Part shown: positions 12,814 to 24,426 of the stretch, in pieces
How positions within the stretch are numbered: position 1 is the stretch's first letter
Layout of the letters: every line of letters begins with the position of its first letter
Assembly (NCBI GenBank): GCA_964035545.1
Contig: OZ037773.1
Location: 7,469,751 to 7,533,750, forward strand
Reading direction: 5' to 3'
Length of the DNA stretch: 64,000 nt
Source: Bugula neritina
Taxonomy: Eukaryota > Animalia > Bryozoa
Program-made: the position numbers and the translations under genes
Notes under the pieces: model-generated
Database searches by the model: none
What the model saw: the letters and a program-made list of their open reading frames with translations, nothing else
Told to the model about the DNA's origin: nothing

Positions 12814-13187
12814 TTAGTGGTGCTTCTTGTAACCCTTCTTGTGGCATTTGCATACTTTACAGTTCTGCTTGTTGGAATTCTTGTCTCTGCAAAACTTTTT
12901 GCAGCCGTCCTTCTTATCAGGACATTTATCATGAGCAGCTAGAAAATACAATTCAGCCTCATAACTTTGACAGCGTATTATTAATAAGAATCGCAGGATG
13001 ATTAATTGTGTAACCAGTTTATATATATAAGCTCTAAGTTTGAGGCTATAAATAAGAACTATGGATCACACATTTCCTTATAATTTGAATAAAAAAGTCT
13101 TTTAATCATGTATTTCAGAAGAATTTTCAACTTACCCAATGCGCTGATGATCAACATGGCAAAGATAAGTATAGCAAGAACCTTCAT
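12814..13187 (-). CDS. Secreted Lys-rich CSab defensin-like peptide E, 6 Cys, 58 aa
   Basis: Exons 13187-13136 (MKVLAILIFAMLIISAL) and 12938-12814 (AAHDKCPDKKDGCKKFCRDKNSNKQNCKVCKCHKKGYKKHH*). Non-coding exon donor at ~13448. Confidence 0.88.
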
Positions 13188-13522
13188 ACTGAACTTGTTT
13201 CTAAAAAGTAACAGTTGAATATTATAAATATGTGTCACTTCTAAATATGACATTTATATTTACTTAAAAATATTTTTCTAGTTAATTTTAAAAATCACAC
13301 CTGTTTTAAAATTATTCTTACGCAGTTTGTTTTCTCTGTACAATTGCATGCCATTACATAGTTATTTGCTGCTACTATTATACAAAATATCATATATATA
13401 TTTGTAAGAAAAAGAATTAAATTAGCTTCAATGTTATAAGTAGCTTACCTATTGTTTTGTTCACTGTGGCAATCAGTTGTCAGAAAATGAACACAATTGC
13501 TGTAAGAGTGTAAGCTGGTGCA

Positions 13523-13588
13523 TTTATATACAATTTTCAATCCAATTCTGTGCCAATGCAAACTATTGAGCAGCGACAATTTGATTGG
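13523..13588 (-). promoter_or_regulatory. TATA box (TATATAAA 13523-13530) and CCAAT box (13584-13588) of peptide gene E
   Basis: Both motifs lie just upstream of the non-coding first exon, with spacing similar to genes A and F. Confidence 0.55.
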
Positions 13589-14524
13589 CTAACAACTGCC
13601 AACCACAAAACACAATTGCTTCAAGTTCTATTTATAACTTTAGTATATTCTATTTATAAACAGTTTTACTCTTTAATTTAGTGCTTTGATTGTGACTGAG
13701 TAGACTAATTGTCACCAAATAATTATTATTGTCAGATTTTCTCAGTTCTGCAAATAAAAGCTGACTCTAAAAAAACGTAGCACAAGAAATGTGCATATGA
13801 AAGCTGTATTATGCGTATAGTTGCATTGTGACTGGCTGAAACATGCATGTAACGATGCAAATTAGTTTTCAGTGGTGCATTCGGTATAATTATGATATAT
13901 TTCAGGCTTTACTGAGCATGTTCTCTGAATGCGATAAAGAAAGTTTTATTACATAATTTTTGTATTAATATAAAAAGTTGGCAAACAAATCACATTTATA
14001 TAAATCGATTTTTGATATTTGTACATCTCTGCAAATTATTTCTATACTTTGCAGTATAAATTGTGATTAAAATCCAAAATAAATAAATTTAAAAAATATA
14101 AATTATAGTGGTTCTGACATTCAACATTACAATTTTTTTCAGATCCAGTCTGTAATTAGTTCACTTGTCAAAATATGTTTAGTATTAGATTTTTGCAATA
14201 ATTTCAGATGCTGATTATCACAAAACTTTAAGTTCTTTTGAAATTCGCCAAACAAATATATAGACATTGCTATATTAACAATTTGCTAACTTAGTTGGAA
14301 ATATTAATTGATAGTTTATCTTTAGTTACAAAATAATAAACCCATATGTGTCGTTTTGAAAAAAAGATTAGAACACTTTTTTACCAATCACAATATAATG
14401 GATTATAAACTTATGATTAGGCACTAAACCCATTATTTTTCAATACAGATTAACTAAATATTTATTTTAGTAAATGATGTTGTAGTAAAACTCCATGATA
14501 TGCTAGATAAACAGTATAGTCTAG

Positions 14525-14670
14525 AAAAAGCAGCCTCATTTACAAAGAGTTACTGATGAGTGCAACAGCATGCAGTATGCAGTTAAGGTAAGTAAAAAAG
14601 ACAGCTTTCAAATTTGGTTCTTATGCTTGCAGGTGCATCTACGGGTAACAAAGCACCCTATGACAGGTGT
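14525..14670 (+). pseudogene. Decayed CSab mature-exon relic (ACRC subfamily)
   Basis: Reads ...SATACSMQLR*VKKTAFKFGSYACRCIYG*. Nucleotide match TCT.ATGCTTGCAGGTGC...GGTAACAA...ACCCTA to 20475-20530 (minus). Confidence 0.5.
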
Positions 14671-15691
14671 CGCAAGTCTTCTATAAAGGTAGATATGATC
14701 ATCAACAGATGCATATTTTTGTGGATTAGGATTAAAAACAGGTGACTTAATGTCATGTTTATCTTCCCATGAATGATATTTTCAGCTTCGTAGAAATTTT
14801 GTTAAGTTGTTTTAATGTAGTTATAGCTATAAATATGCAAAATATCAATTCTTGTTCAAAAACCAAAAAAAGGCAAACTTGTGAAGTCAAGAAACCATGG
14901 CTAAATTAAATATGAAAATATATATTTTATTGTACTACTTCTTTTTATAATCAGTATACATGGAGAAACAGTCTCATTAATTTGCAATGAATAAAGGACT
15001 TAGATACGCCACCCTATTGTTAAATGTTGATATAAATCACAAAATGGCCATCAACAAATGCTTGCATGATAATTCTGCACCAATTAATTTACCATTGCAA
15101 TCATTTTGATTCGGTTGGTTATAACATCCACTTATTATATATTGCGGAACAATATTTTTTATACTACTACTTTATTTAAAACCAGTATATATATATATAT
15201 AATATGAGGACAACCCCATTTCCTTGCAATTATAAAGGAACTTAGATTTACATTTTCATTGTTTAAATTTGGTATACAATACAAACTGATGATCGATAAA
15301 ATGTATATGCTTATAACTTGTAATCAGTAATTTATTTAGATAAATTTTGAGCCATATTATAATAATGAGGAAATGAAGATTGTATATCCGTGTCATTTCC
15401 ACACATTTTATAGAGGTTAGTATTTAACCATATCAGCTGCGACTATGCATATGGCTGATCTACCCTCAACTGACTTAAAACATTTACCTGGATATTTAAA
15501 AAATGACAAGAGCCTTGTAACAATTACTTTAAACACTGCAGCAAAAACTGAAAATCCACCTTCAGTAGGTCTAATATACCATCAGCTTTTATTAAAGTAC
15601 TAATGAAAACAAGTATAACGCAATTTTTTTATGACAGGAAAACTTTTTAAGGACAATAGAATTATAACTTCTTACTTTTGGCATTTATTAG

Positions 15692-15829
15692 CCAATTAAC
15701 AGGACACTTCAAAATACTAAAGTCTATAAAATTTGAGTAAGAATAGTATATAAAGGTTCTAGTTTCTTTTCTACTTCATGGCAATATAACTCCAGCTTCT
15801 AATAACTTCAATAAACACTCGCAGGTAAG
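15692..15829 (+). promoter_or_regulatory. CCAAT (15692), TATA (15747-15754) and non-coding exon 1 of peptide gene F
   Basis: TATATAAA followed about 70 bp later by a CAG/gtaag donor; same layout as other family members. Confidence 0.55.
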
Positions 15830-16371
15830 AACTGTTAGGTAAATGTGTTATTTCAATTCAATACATATTATATACATGTAGGTAATCACGCAATTGAAGA
15901 TTTAATTAAACATTTAACATATTATTTTGACACTTGATAACTGGTTTTCAATAATAATTAGACCACAAACTTTATAGATTTAGAAAAAAAAACTATTGTG
16001 TATTGGAAGGGGTTTTCATCAACAAAATTATCATGTCTAAGAAACAAACCTAACTTTTCTCAAATTTAATTAATTTCATATATTAGAAAGCTGGCGCTTA
16101 AAATTAAATTTAAAAGCTGTGTAATAAACTAAGAGACTTTTTTATCAAAAATATTCATGCATATTGAAATTACCAGCTGTAAAGCTACTAATATTTAAAG
16201 TAATATTAGCCTAAGCAGTTTTGTTGAAATATTTAGGAATGCATGTAATTATATGTTTTCATAAGCATATATTATTATTATCTAATATATATTATTATAT
16301 AATATATATTATTATATAATATAAAAATATTATTATGTTCTGTTATAACTGACAACTCTTATGTGTGCGTG

Positions 16372-16444
16372 AGTATAAATTTGTGTATCTAAAATATTTA
16401 AGTATAAATTTGTGTATCTAAAATATTTAAGTATAAATTTGTAG
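16372..16444. repeat. 29-bp tandem repeat (~2.5 copies) ending at the splice acceptor of gene F
   Basis: AGTATAAATTTGTGTATCTAAAATATTTA x2, then AGTATAAATTTGTAG. Confidence 0.85.
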
Positions 16445-16457
16445 AAACAAATCCAGT

Positions 16458-16916
16458 ATGAAGGTTGTTGTGGCGCTTATGTTTGTTATGATGGTCACCA
16501 GCACAATGGGTAAGTTGGAAATAATTCAGAAACACATATTATTTTAATAATAAAATCAAATTTTGTATTCATTATGCATCTTTTTAAATATTATAGAAAC
16601 AATACAATTATATTAGCAATGAATATTAAGTTTTAAATGTAATAATTTACAAAAATAATTTTGTATATAAGACTCTATCTTACTTGCATGTGTACACTAT
16701 TATGCCATTGTAACACAATTTAGCTGCATAGAAATTTATTTATTAAGTATATTATCATATACTATATTTTTAGCTTTAGCATTTAGGTATAATTCTGGAT
16801 GCCCTCAGACAGTCTCGAAGTGCAAGCAGTTTTGTATAAACAGAAACTTTCCTGAGTACAAATGTCAAAACAGATGGTGCAAATGTGACAAAAATCGGAA
16901 TATAATAGCAACATAA
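16458..16916 (+). CDS. Secreted CSab defensin/scorpion-toxin-like peptide F, 6 Cys, 64 aa
   Basis: Exons 16458-16509 (MKVVVALMFVMMVTSTM) and 16774-16916 (ALAFRYNSGCPQTVSKCKQFCINRNFPEYKCQNRWCKCDKNRNIIAT*). Canonical C-x6-C-x3-C-x9-C-x4-C-x-C array; AATAAA at ~17064. Confidence 0.9.
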
Positions 16917-17439
16917 GTTCTTAAATGTTGACATTTAACCTGAGAATAAGTCTGCTCCCCATTCCACATCATTTCAATAATTTCATCGAATTTATACAGT
17001 TGAGATACTTATGAGATTACTTATGCTGTAATTTTTTATCATGCAATTCTTTTGTTTGTCCACAATAAAAGCAGGAAACTATATAGTTGTCATTGCGCTA
17101 ATTTATTTGTTTGAACTTTTTTGCAAAAAAATACTGTCTGATTGTGCCTAAAAGCTTTTTGGTCTAAAAGTGGCTGTATTAATATATGAGACTGAGAAGT
17201 GCACCTCACAGTAAATGTTATTCACTTCCATTTGATAGAAAGTGAGAGCAATTTACTATTTTGTGAATAACATGTTTGTCATTGCATTAAGAATTTCTGT
17301 GAATAAACTATAAAGTAGCATAACTCCAATATTATTTTCAGTACACCAGAATAAGAAATATGACTAAAGTTATCAAATCAAAATTGAATACTAGTGAATA
17401 AAACAACCAACAAGAAATATATAATATATATAGACCCAA

Positions 17440-18374
17440 GGACTAAACTATATTCGAAATGTTTTTGAACATAAAAATGGTTATACCCTAAATATGTATA
17501 ATAGAGAAAACTATTAACAATATTGGTGACGGACTACTCAGTGAAAAAGACAACAGGAAACACATTTTACTTCAACTGCCTTATAAAGGAGTAACAGGAG
17601 AAAACCTAATCTGCTCCCTCAATAAATTAATTACAGACTCTTTTCCAAATGAACTCAATGCCCGGATTATATTTAAAAGAACCCCCTTAAGTTCACATTT
17701 TAATCTCAAAGATAAAACCAATAAAGAACACATACACAACCTAGTCTACAAAATAACCTGCCCTGAAGCTATACCTGTCAACAAACATATGTAGGCGAAA
17801 CTGGACGTCGCCTATCACACAGGATACATGAACATTGCCATGACATCAATTCCAAAATTTATCAACACATCTCCACCACTAAACACGGAAACGTATCAAT
17901 AGACAATGTAACAGTTCTAAATCATTCATTTAAAGGAATCCACCATCGAAAAGTAGCCGAAGCTCTCTACATTAAACAAATAAAACCGCAACTTAATAAA
18001 CAAAATTACTCCATACCACTAAAACTATACCAATAAGCTCCACACTACACAACTCTTACATAGTTTCACTAATCCTTGCTATTTTTTTATATTTGGATAT
18101 CTATTTTTTGTCAATTCTAATTTTTTTTATGCAAAAATCAGTATAATTTTTGACATGCGTAATATATAAATTCAGATTATCTCCCTCAGTTTCAATAATT
18201 TATAATAACTGCCACTCTCTATTCTTTGTGTCAAGCTGCATAGTGTCTAAAGTAACGTAATAATTTTTGAATTTCATTCATTGCTACTCTGAAGATGGGT
18301 ACAACGTGGTACCCGAAATATCAGTATAATTACTTTGCCTAATAAAGTAATAATCAACAATGTTTCTCGTATAC

Positions 18375-18375
<1 letters not shown>
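17440..18375 (+). mobile_element. 5'-truncated Penelope-like retroelement (GIY-YIG endonuclease end plus 3' tail)
   Basis: Translates LQLPYKG...LSSHFNLKDK...NLVYKITCP / frameshift / CQQTYVGETGRRLSHRIHEH...IYQH...RKVAEALYIKQIKPQLNKQ...* (stop at 18034-18036). These are motifs typical of PLE GIY-YIG domains. The tail contains a hammerhead motif and ends at a TA microsatellite. Confidence 0.88.
18285..18326 (+). ncRNA. Minimal type I hammerhead ribozyme (PLE-associated)
   Basis: TACT-CTGAAGA-T-GGGTAC-AACGTG-GTACCC-GAAA-T-ATC-AGTA: stem I TACT/AGTA, CUGANGA and GAAA boxes, 6-bp stem II, loop-less palindromic stem III (ATAT) and cleavage triplet AUC. Confidence 0.8.
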
Positions 18376-18420
<45 letters not shown>

Positions 18421-18591
18421 ATATATATAATATATGCTGCTCTATAGTAATGGCACACTCTAGTTTTTTAAAACTCATGAATAAATTTATTGTCTAAGAA
18501 ACAGGTAATACATATATATTATATAATATTATTTAGGATAAACTTTGTAATGCGCAAAAATATAATTCAGCAGCATTTTTACATCAATGAG

Positions 18592-19060
18592 TCAACAATT
18601 TGTATAATAATCTTCTTCTGTTTTGAAGCATTTGCACACAGTGAGAAACAAGCTATGCTTTGAGCGCCCCATACTATCACAATGTTTCCGGCATACACTC
18701 CCAGATGTGGTGAAACGGAAGGCTTCTGCCATAGAAGCTATTAACAAAATAATGTACTGAATATATACCAACAAGATATTTCATGTCTATCCATATTGTT
18801 TCTTTGTGACAAAGAAATATTGCAAGAAATAGAAGTAGTAATAATAAACATATCTAGAAATTTATTTGATATAGGCAAAATTAAATTTTGGATTAGATTC
18901 TTATGGTTTCATTAAACAATTTATTGTCAAAATGGGACCTAGTAACATATGGGAATGTAAAAAATATTTTATTATTATTGACATAATATAAAATAGTTAT
19001 CTACTTACTCAATGATGTTATTGTGATAATGGCAGTTACAAATAAAGAAAGTAATTTCAT
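18592..19060 (-). CDS. Secreted CSab peptide G, 4 core Cys plus C-terminal Cys, 65 aa
   Basis: Exons 19060-19009 (MKLLSLFVTAIITITSL) and 18737-18592 (TSMAEAFRFTTSGSVCRKHCDSMGRSKHSLFLTVCKCFKTEEDYYTNC*). Non-coding exon donor at ~19377; paralogue of A. Confidence 0.85.
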
Positions 19061-20062
19061 CTTGAATCTGTGATCTACAAGCATTCAACTAAATAGATTA
19101 ATTTTTGAAAACGTGTTGAAATTTTGTGAACATGTGCAGAAGAAAGTTGGAACTTTGATCATTGAATATTTATATAGTCATTGCAAAATAAAGAAATAAA
19201 ACAGTATATGTATTACTATATGTAATAATTTTTTTGCTTTGTTTAATGGCCAAACAAAATTTCTATAATCATGTTAAACTTATCAAAAACCATAATTGAG
19301 CCTGCATGTAATATTAAACATTAATCATTTAAATTAACAATGTAGCCCAAGGAAAAATTATACGTTTAGTTTCTTACCTAGTTTATGTTCAGTAGTGCAT
19401 ACGAGTTGTTGTAGTAAAGATTATATACACATTGGGTATTGATAAAATAACTTCTGCGTTTAAATAGTTTTTGGTCTGAATTATTACATATGTAGCTTTC
19501 AATTGCTTGGTTAACCACTCTATAAGAATGGTAATAAAAATAATGATTATCTATATAATAAAATTTATTTAACTAACTTTTTTGCTGGTCTTCAAAATTT
19601 TATTGCCATAAAGCATTTAGTTCTCTAAACTTCAGAATTATATAATTTTATATAATGCAACAGTCACATGTCTTTGCGGAAGAAGGTTTGCACAATCCAC
19701 CAGGTGATTTACATTGTACAATAATTTTTGAATTATTCAAAGTAATATATGACCACATGTCCTAAATAAAGGTCAACTGAAAAATAAAAAATAATCTCAT
19801 AAAAATAATGCTTTATTATATGTATATAATATATTATATATTATAATATAATCATACCAGGATTAACACTATTACAATTCTTATAATGCTTATAATAATA
19901 GTGTTGCATGGAAAACACATGTTATTGCATTTTAACGTTCAGTCTCTTTTTAGAGCTGTAATACTATATGCTAACAATTAAACCTTCAAACTCTGCAATC
20001 ATTTGAAATAAATGCACATATAGCAAATCAAGATGCAAATTTTAAATTGATTATCATTATAT

Positions 20063-20155
20063 TACTTACTTTACCGACTTACTTAAACTGACTTACTTAA
20101 CTGACTTACTTAACCGACTTAACTTAATTAACATAACTTGATAACTTAACTGACT
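20063..20155. repeat. Degenerate ~13-14-bp minisatellite (GACTTACTTAA(A/C)C)
   Basis: Repeated ACTTACTTAA units seen directly. Confidence 0.7.
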
Positions 20156-20500
20156 AATTGTTAATCATTTTAGGCCCTGCGCTTTCACTAGCCTCTGCTA
20201 TGGCGCACCATTGGGCCTCATCATTACCTCCTTTGGGTGATCCCTTGTATTTTTTTTTAATTTTATGTATATATGTATATATACATTAATGAAAATAAAC
20301 AAACAAATATTGCTTTAATAAACTTTAAGCAATATATTTTACGATGTTCTGTTATATGTACTCTAAAAACATTTTTTACTTTAAACATCATATATGGTAT
20401 GTTTTTGATCTTAATCTGCAAAAGCATACAGCTGTTGATGATAATTATTATATCTACTTTCACAAAATATTTTTGACACATGTTGTAGGGTAGGTAGTTG

Positions 20501-20649
20501 TTACCTGTGGCACCTGCAAGCATTAGAACTCACTTTCAACACTGTATTTTTGCACCTATAACATTAGCTCTGTATTCCTGAGCCCGTACTTCTATTTGGT
20601 ATCACTCATTGCTCCAACGAAACACTTTCCTCAGCAAGTTGCACCGAAG
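20501..20649 (-). pseudogene. Decayed CSab mature exon (ACRC subfamily)
   Basis: The acceptor appears mutated (tatataa/CTTCG versus tatatag/CTTCG in gene A). Frame reads SVQLAEESVSLEQ*VIPNRSTGSGIQS*CYRCKNTVLKVSSNACRCHR*; paralogous to 14525-14670. Confidence 0.55.
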
Positions 20650-20949
20650 TTATATATTTCTCCCTAACATCTCAATACTAATCCAAATTTGAAACAATAT
20701 TTTAATTTTATTTAACTGAATTTTGAATTCATGCTGATTTATTGCAAATATCTCGATTATTTTTATATTTTACTTGATTGCATTTTGAGATCATGCAAAA
20801 ACTTTGTTCAAAGATTATATTTTTAAGATGATGCTTTTATAGACAATGCAGAGAGGTGAAACTTAACTTCTCACTTAAACAAAATGGAAATTCTGAATAA
20901 AACAAACCAAATTTATCAACAAAGCCTAATTTATGGTAAAAAAATTAGC

Positions 20950-21055
20950 TGAAGGGAGATTTGGGGTTCAATATAAGAACTGGGATTCAAACCGAGACCT
21001 CTGGCTAATTGCAAGCATGCAAAGGTGCGCTTATGGCCATAACACGACAGGGACT
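20950..21055 (-). mobile_element. tRNA-derived SINE fragment, family 2
   Basis: Reverse complement GTCCCTGTCGTGTTATGG...GCTTGCAA...GAGGTCTCGGTTTGAATCCC, similar to 10688-10790. Confidence 0.55.
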
Positions 21056-22325
21056 ACTGCATGGCTAAACGCAACGTACTATAACTAAGCAAAAAATATG
21101 CATATCAATCACTGTTTAACTCGAGTATTTTTACTCTGATCACATAAAACAAAGTTTTTTAGAAGCTAAAGTTTTCAAAAAGTGACAAATTCAGACGCTC
21201 ACCAAAGTATTACTTACATAAATATAGCATAGGTCAAACGCTATTTCTAAATTTATTCAACACGTTTACAATATATTGAAATGATTTCTATTGCAAGTTC
21301 ATTTACTGGTTTGACTTGAATATATAGCAATAAACACTCTTTTTTCTTACACAGTTGCATTGTCTTCATCATGCTTTATTTAAGGGCATTGTCCACCACA
21401 TGTCTCCAATGTGAAGATTAGAAATCAATAGTTTAAAGGCAATATATCATAGGTTATCTAGCAACATACTGAAATCAAACCTAGGTATGCATCATATAAT
21501 CACAAGTTAGGTTCCCTGGCTATGTAATATCTTGCATTATTTATAGCTTTATAAGTTTTTTAAACTTTAGGAAACTGATAAAAGCACTATTTGATAGGTC
21601 GATTACCATTGGGATTAGTCATTCATCTCTATTATTAAAAACCATAGAGGTGATGTACCTTTATTCTTGCTATATGTCACTATAATATCTGTAAATTGCT
21701 AACATTTAATGAAATATGACATCTAATAAATTTTTATATGTATGCAATGCAACATAATGGAATCCAATATTTTGGTTGAAAAGCATTTGACATGACGTAT
21801 TTACGCATTATCATTTGATTTAAGTTTATCGTAGCTTCCATCAATATATTGTTGGATATTCAGTTAAATGGAACAAACTGAATAAAAATCATGAGGAGTT
21901 GGTGTTAGGTTAATATAACAATTTCCTGATGTATAGGTAGCTGTTAGTCAATAAACTTAAAGTCACTAGTTATAGGCCTATATAAGTGATGGATGTGTAT
22001 CAATTGACCAAAACCACAAAGCAAGTAAAAATTTACAAGTATTTCTACTTATTTATACATAAAATACTAATACTAATTACACAAATACTGATTAGGTTAT
22101 ATAGTTTAATAGGTTTAGCAATGCTGAATAGCTTTTATAACAATTTATGTTACATATAAAGCATATAAATGTATATTAAATGAGTGTAAAATCATTTAAA
22201 ATAACAATTAGTCAGTGCTCAGGAATGTGACTAATTTATATACTATTTGTTGTCTTTCAAATTTAACAGCCTACCGTCACGAGAGAATCTACAATCTGTG
22301 TGCAATATAAAGAAACAAATTGAAG

Positions 22326-22813
22326 ATGAACATTGTGGCGTTACTGTTAATTGCCCTGGCTTCTTTCTGTACATTGGGTAAGTTAAATGCCTTATTTATA
22401 TGTTTCGCTGATCATTAAATGTTTTTTATATTCAGGTTTTTAACAAGTTTTGTATTTAATAGTATTAAAATATCTAAGAAAAATAGCATAGCAGAAAACT
22501 TACACTTTTTTAGCTGAGTTATGCATAAAAAAAAGTTATTATAGAAGTAATATTATCAATTGAACACTTGTATTTGCAATATTGTATGTTTACTAACTAT
22601 TAAATATTTGAATAAATTTAAACATGCAATAGTATATGTATGTATATATTGCATTGATGTTGCTGAAATAATTTCACTGTTTTGTACAATTTTCAAACAG
22701 CATCGGCTGCAACTGGCTTCCAACTAAAATGCATAGCAAAGTGCGCAAAGAAAAAGCGTTATGGCTATTCTATGTATGAAAGTATCTGTGTATGTGTTCC
22801 ACTTCCAGGATGA
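22326..22813 (+). CDS. Secreted CSab peptide H, 4 Cys, 54 aa, C-terminal Gly
   Basis: Exons 22326-22377 (MNIVALLLIALASFCTL) and 22701-22813 (ASAATGFQLKCIAKCAKKKRYGYSMYESICVCVPLPG*); GT-AG phase-1 intron. Confidence 0.85.
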
Positions 22814-23894
22814 TGTCTCCACTCTCCACCTATATACTCACTGAATGGGTATCAAATATGTTGTAATTTTATCATCATTATGTTTCCATGCATGAAAAGT
22901 TATTTATATATTATATCAAAGAAATTCTGCATGCAAAGTTTAAGTTTTAAAAAATATAACAAATATTGAATTTAAAAATAGCTATTTGGTCGTTTTTCTG
23001 AACAACATTTATTAATTGTGATTTTTCTTTCAAGGTGATTTAAATATAAAATATGCATGTAAATCACTTTTTTTGAAAAAAAATATTAGTCTTTCAATTT
23101 ATTTTCATAAGTGAATTTGATTGCTACTGATTCAGTTGACAAATTATATATTATTAATTCAGTAAATCAACTTTATTTAAATTATGCTGTGAAAAAATAA
23201 TGAAATATCTAGGAACACTATATTGCAAATTTCAGTAAGCAAATAATAACAGTACAAAACAAATTGATAAAAATGATGTGATTTCTTTGATATATTAACT
23301 TATTCAATGCTTTATGAGCTGTGCATATATACAAACTATTACTCGGCAAAACCTATAATATTTATATTGTTTTCAAATACTGCATCCTAGCACAAGTCTG
23401 AGAAAAAACTGATACTCATATCATACAGGTAAGACTAACTTGACGTGATAACAGAAAGAGAGCACAACTTTTAGAAAAAAAGAATTAGGCCTAATAATCT
23501 TTTCAAAGGAGACAGTCTTTTTCTAAAATACAGAGAGCTTCTTACTGTTAGTTGAGCAAGTGTCTAGTTTTACCTGTAGGTCTATACTGTGTAGTATAAA
23601 TAGATAAATCCTTATAATATATAATATATTAGCACGTGCATCATCAAATATATTACACCAAATTTTTATTTGACTATTTACCATATTAATAACACACTTA
23701 TTTGAGAATTCTTAAACAGCTGCTTTACCAAAAATTTAATTTATGATTGATAAAATTATGTAACCGTGGTAAATACTTATTTCTACCGATACATTAATTT
23801 GTTCTTAGAAATACAATTAAATTAAAATAAAGAAATTTTTTTAAAGCCAGTTGCTCTTATGTGAAATGAGGTGACCAAATATTTTAGAGATTTA

Positions 23895-24426
<532 letters not shown>

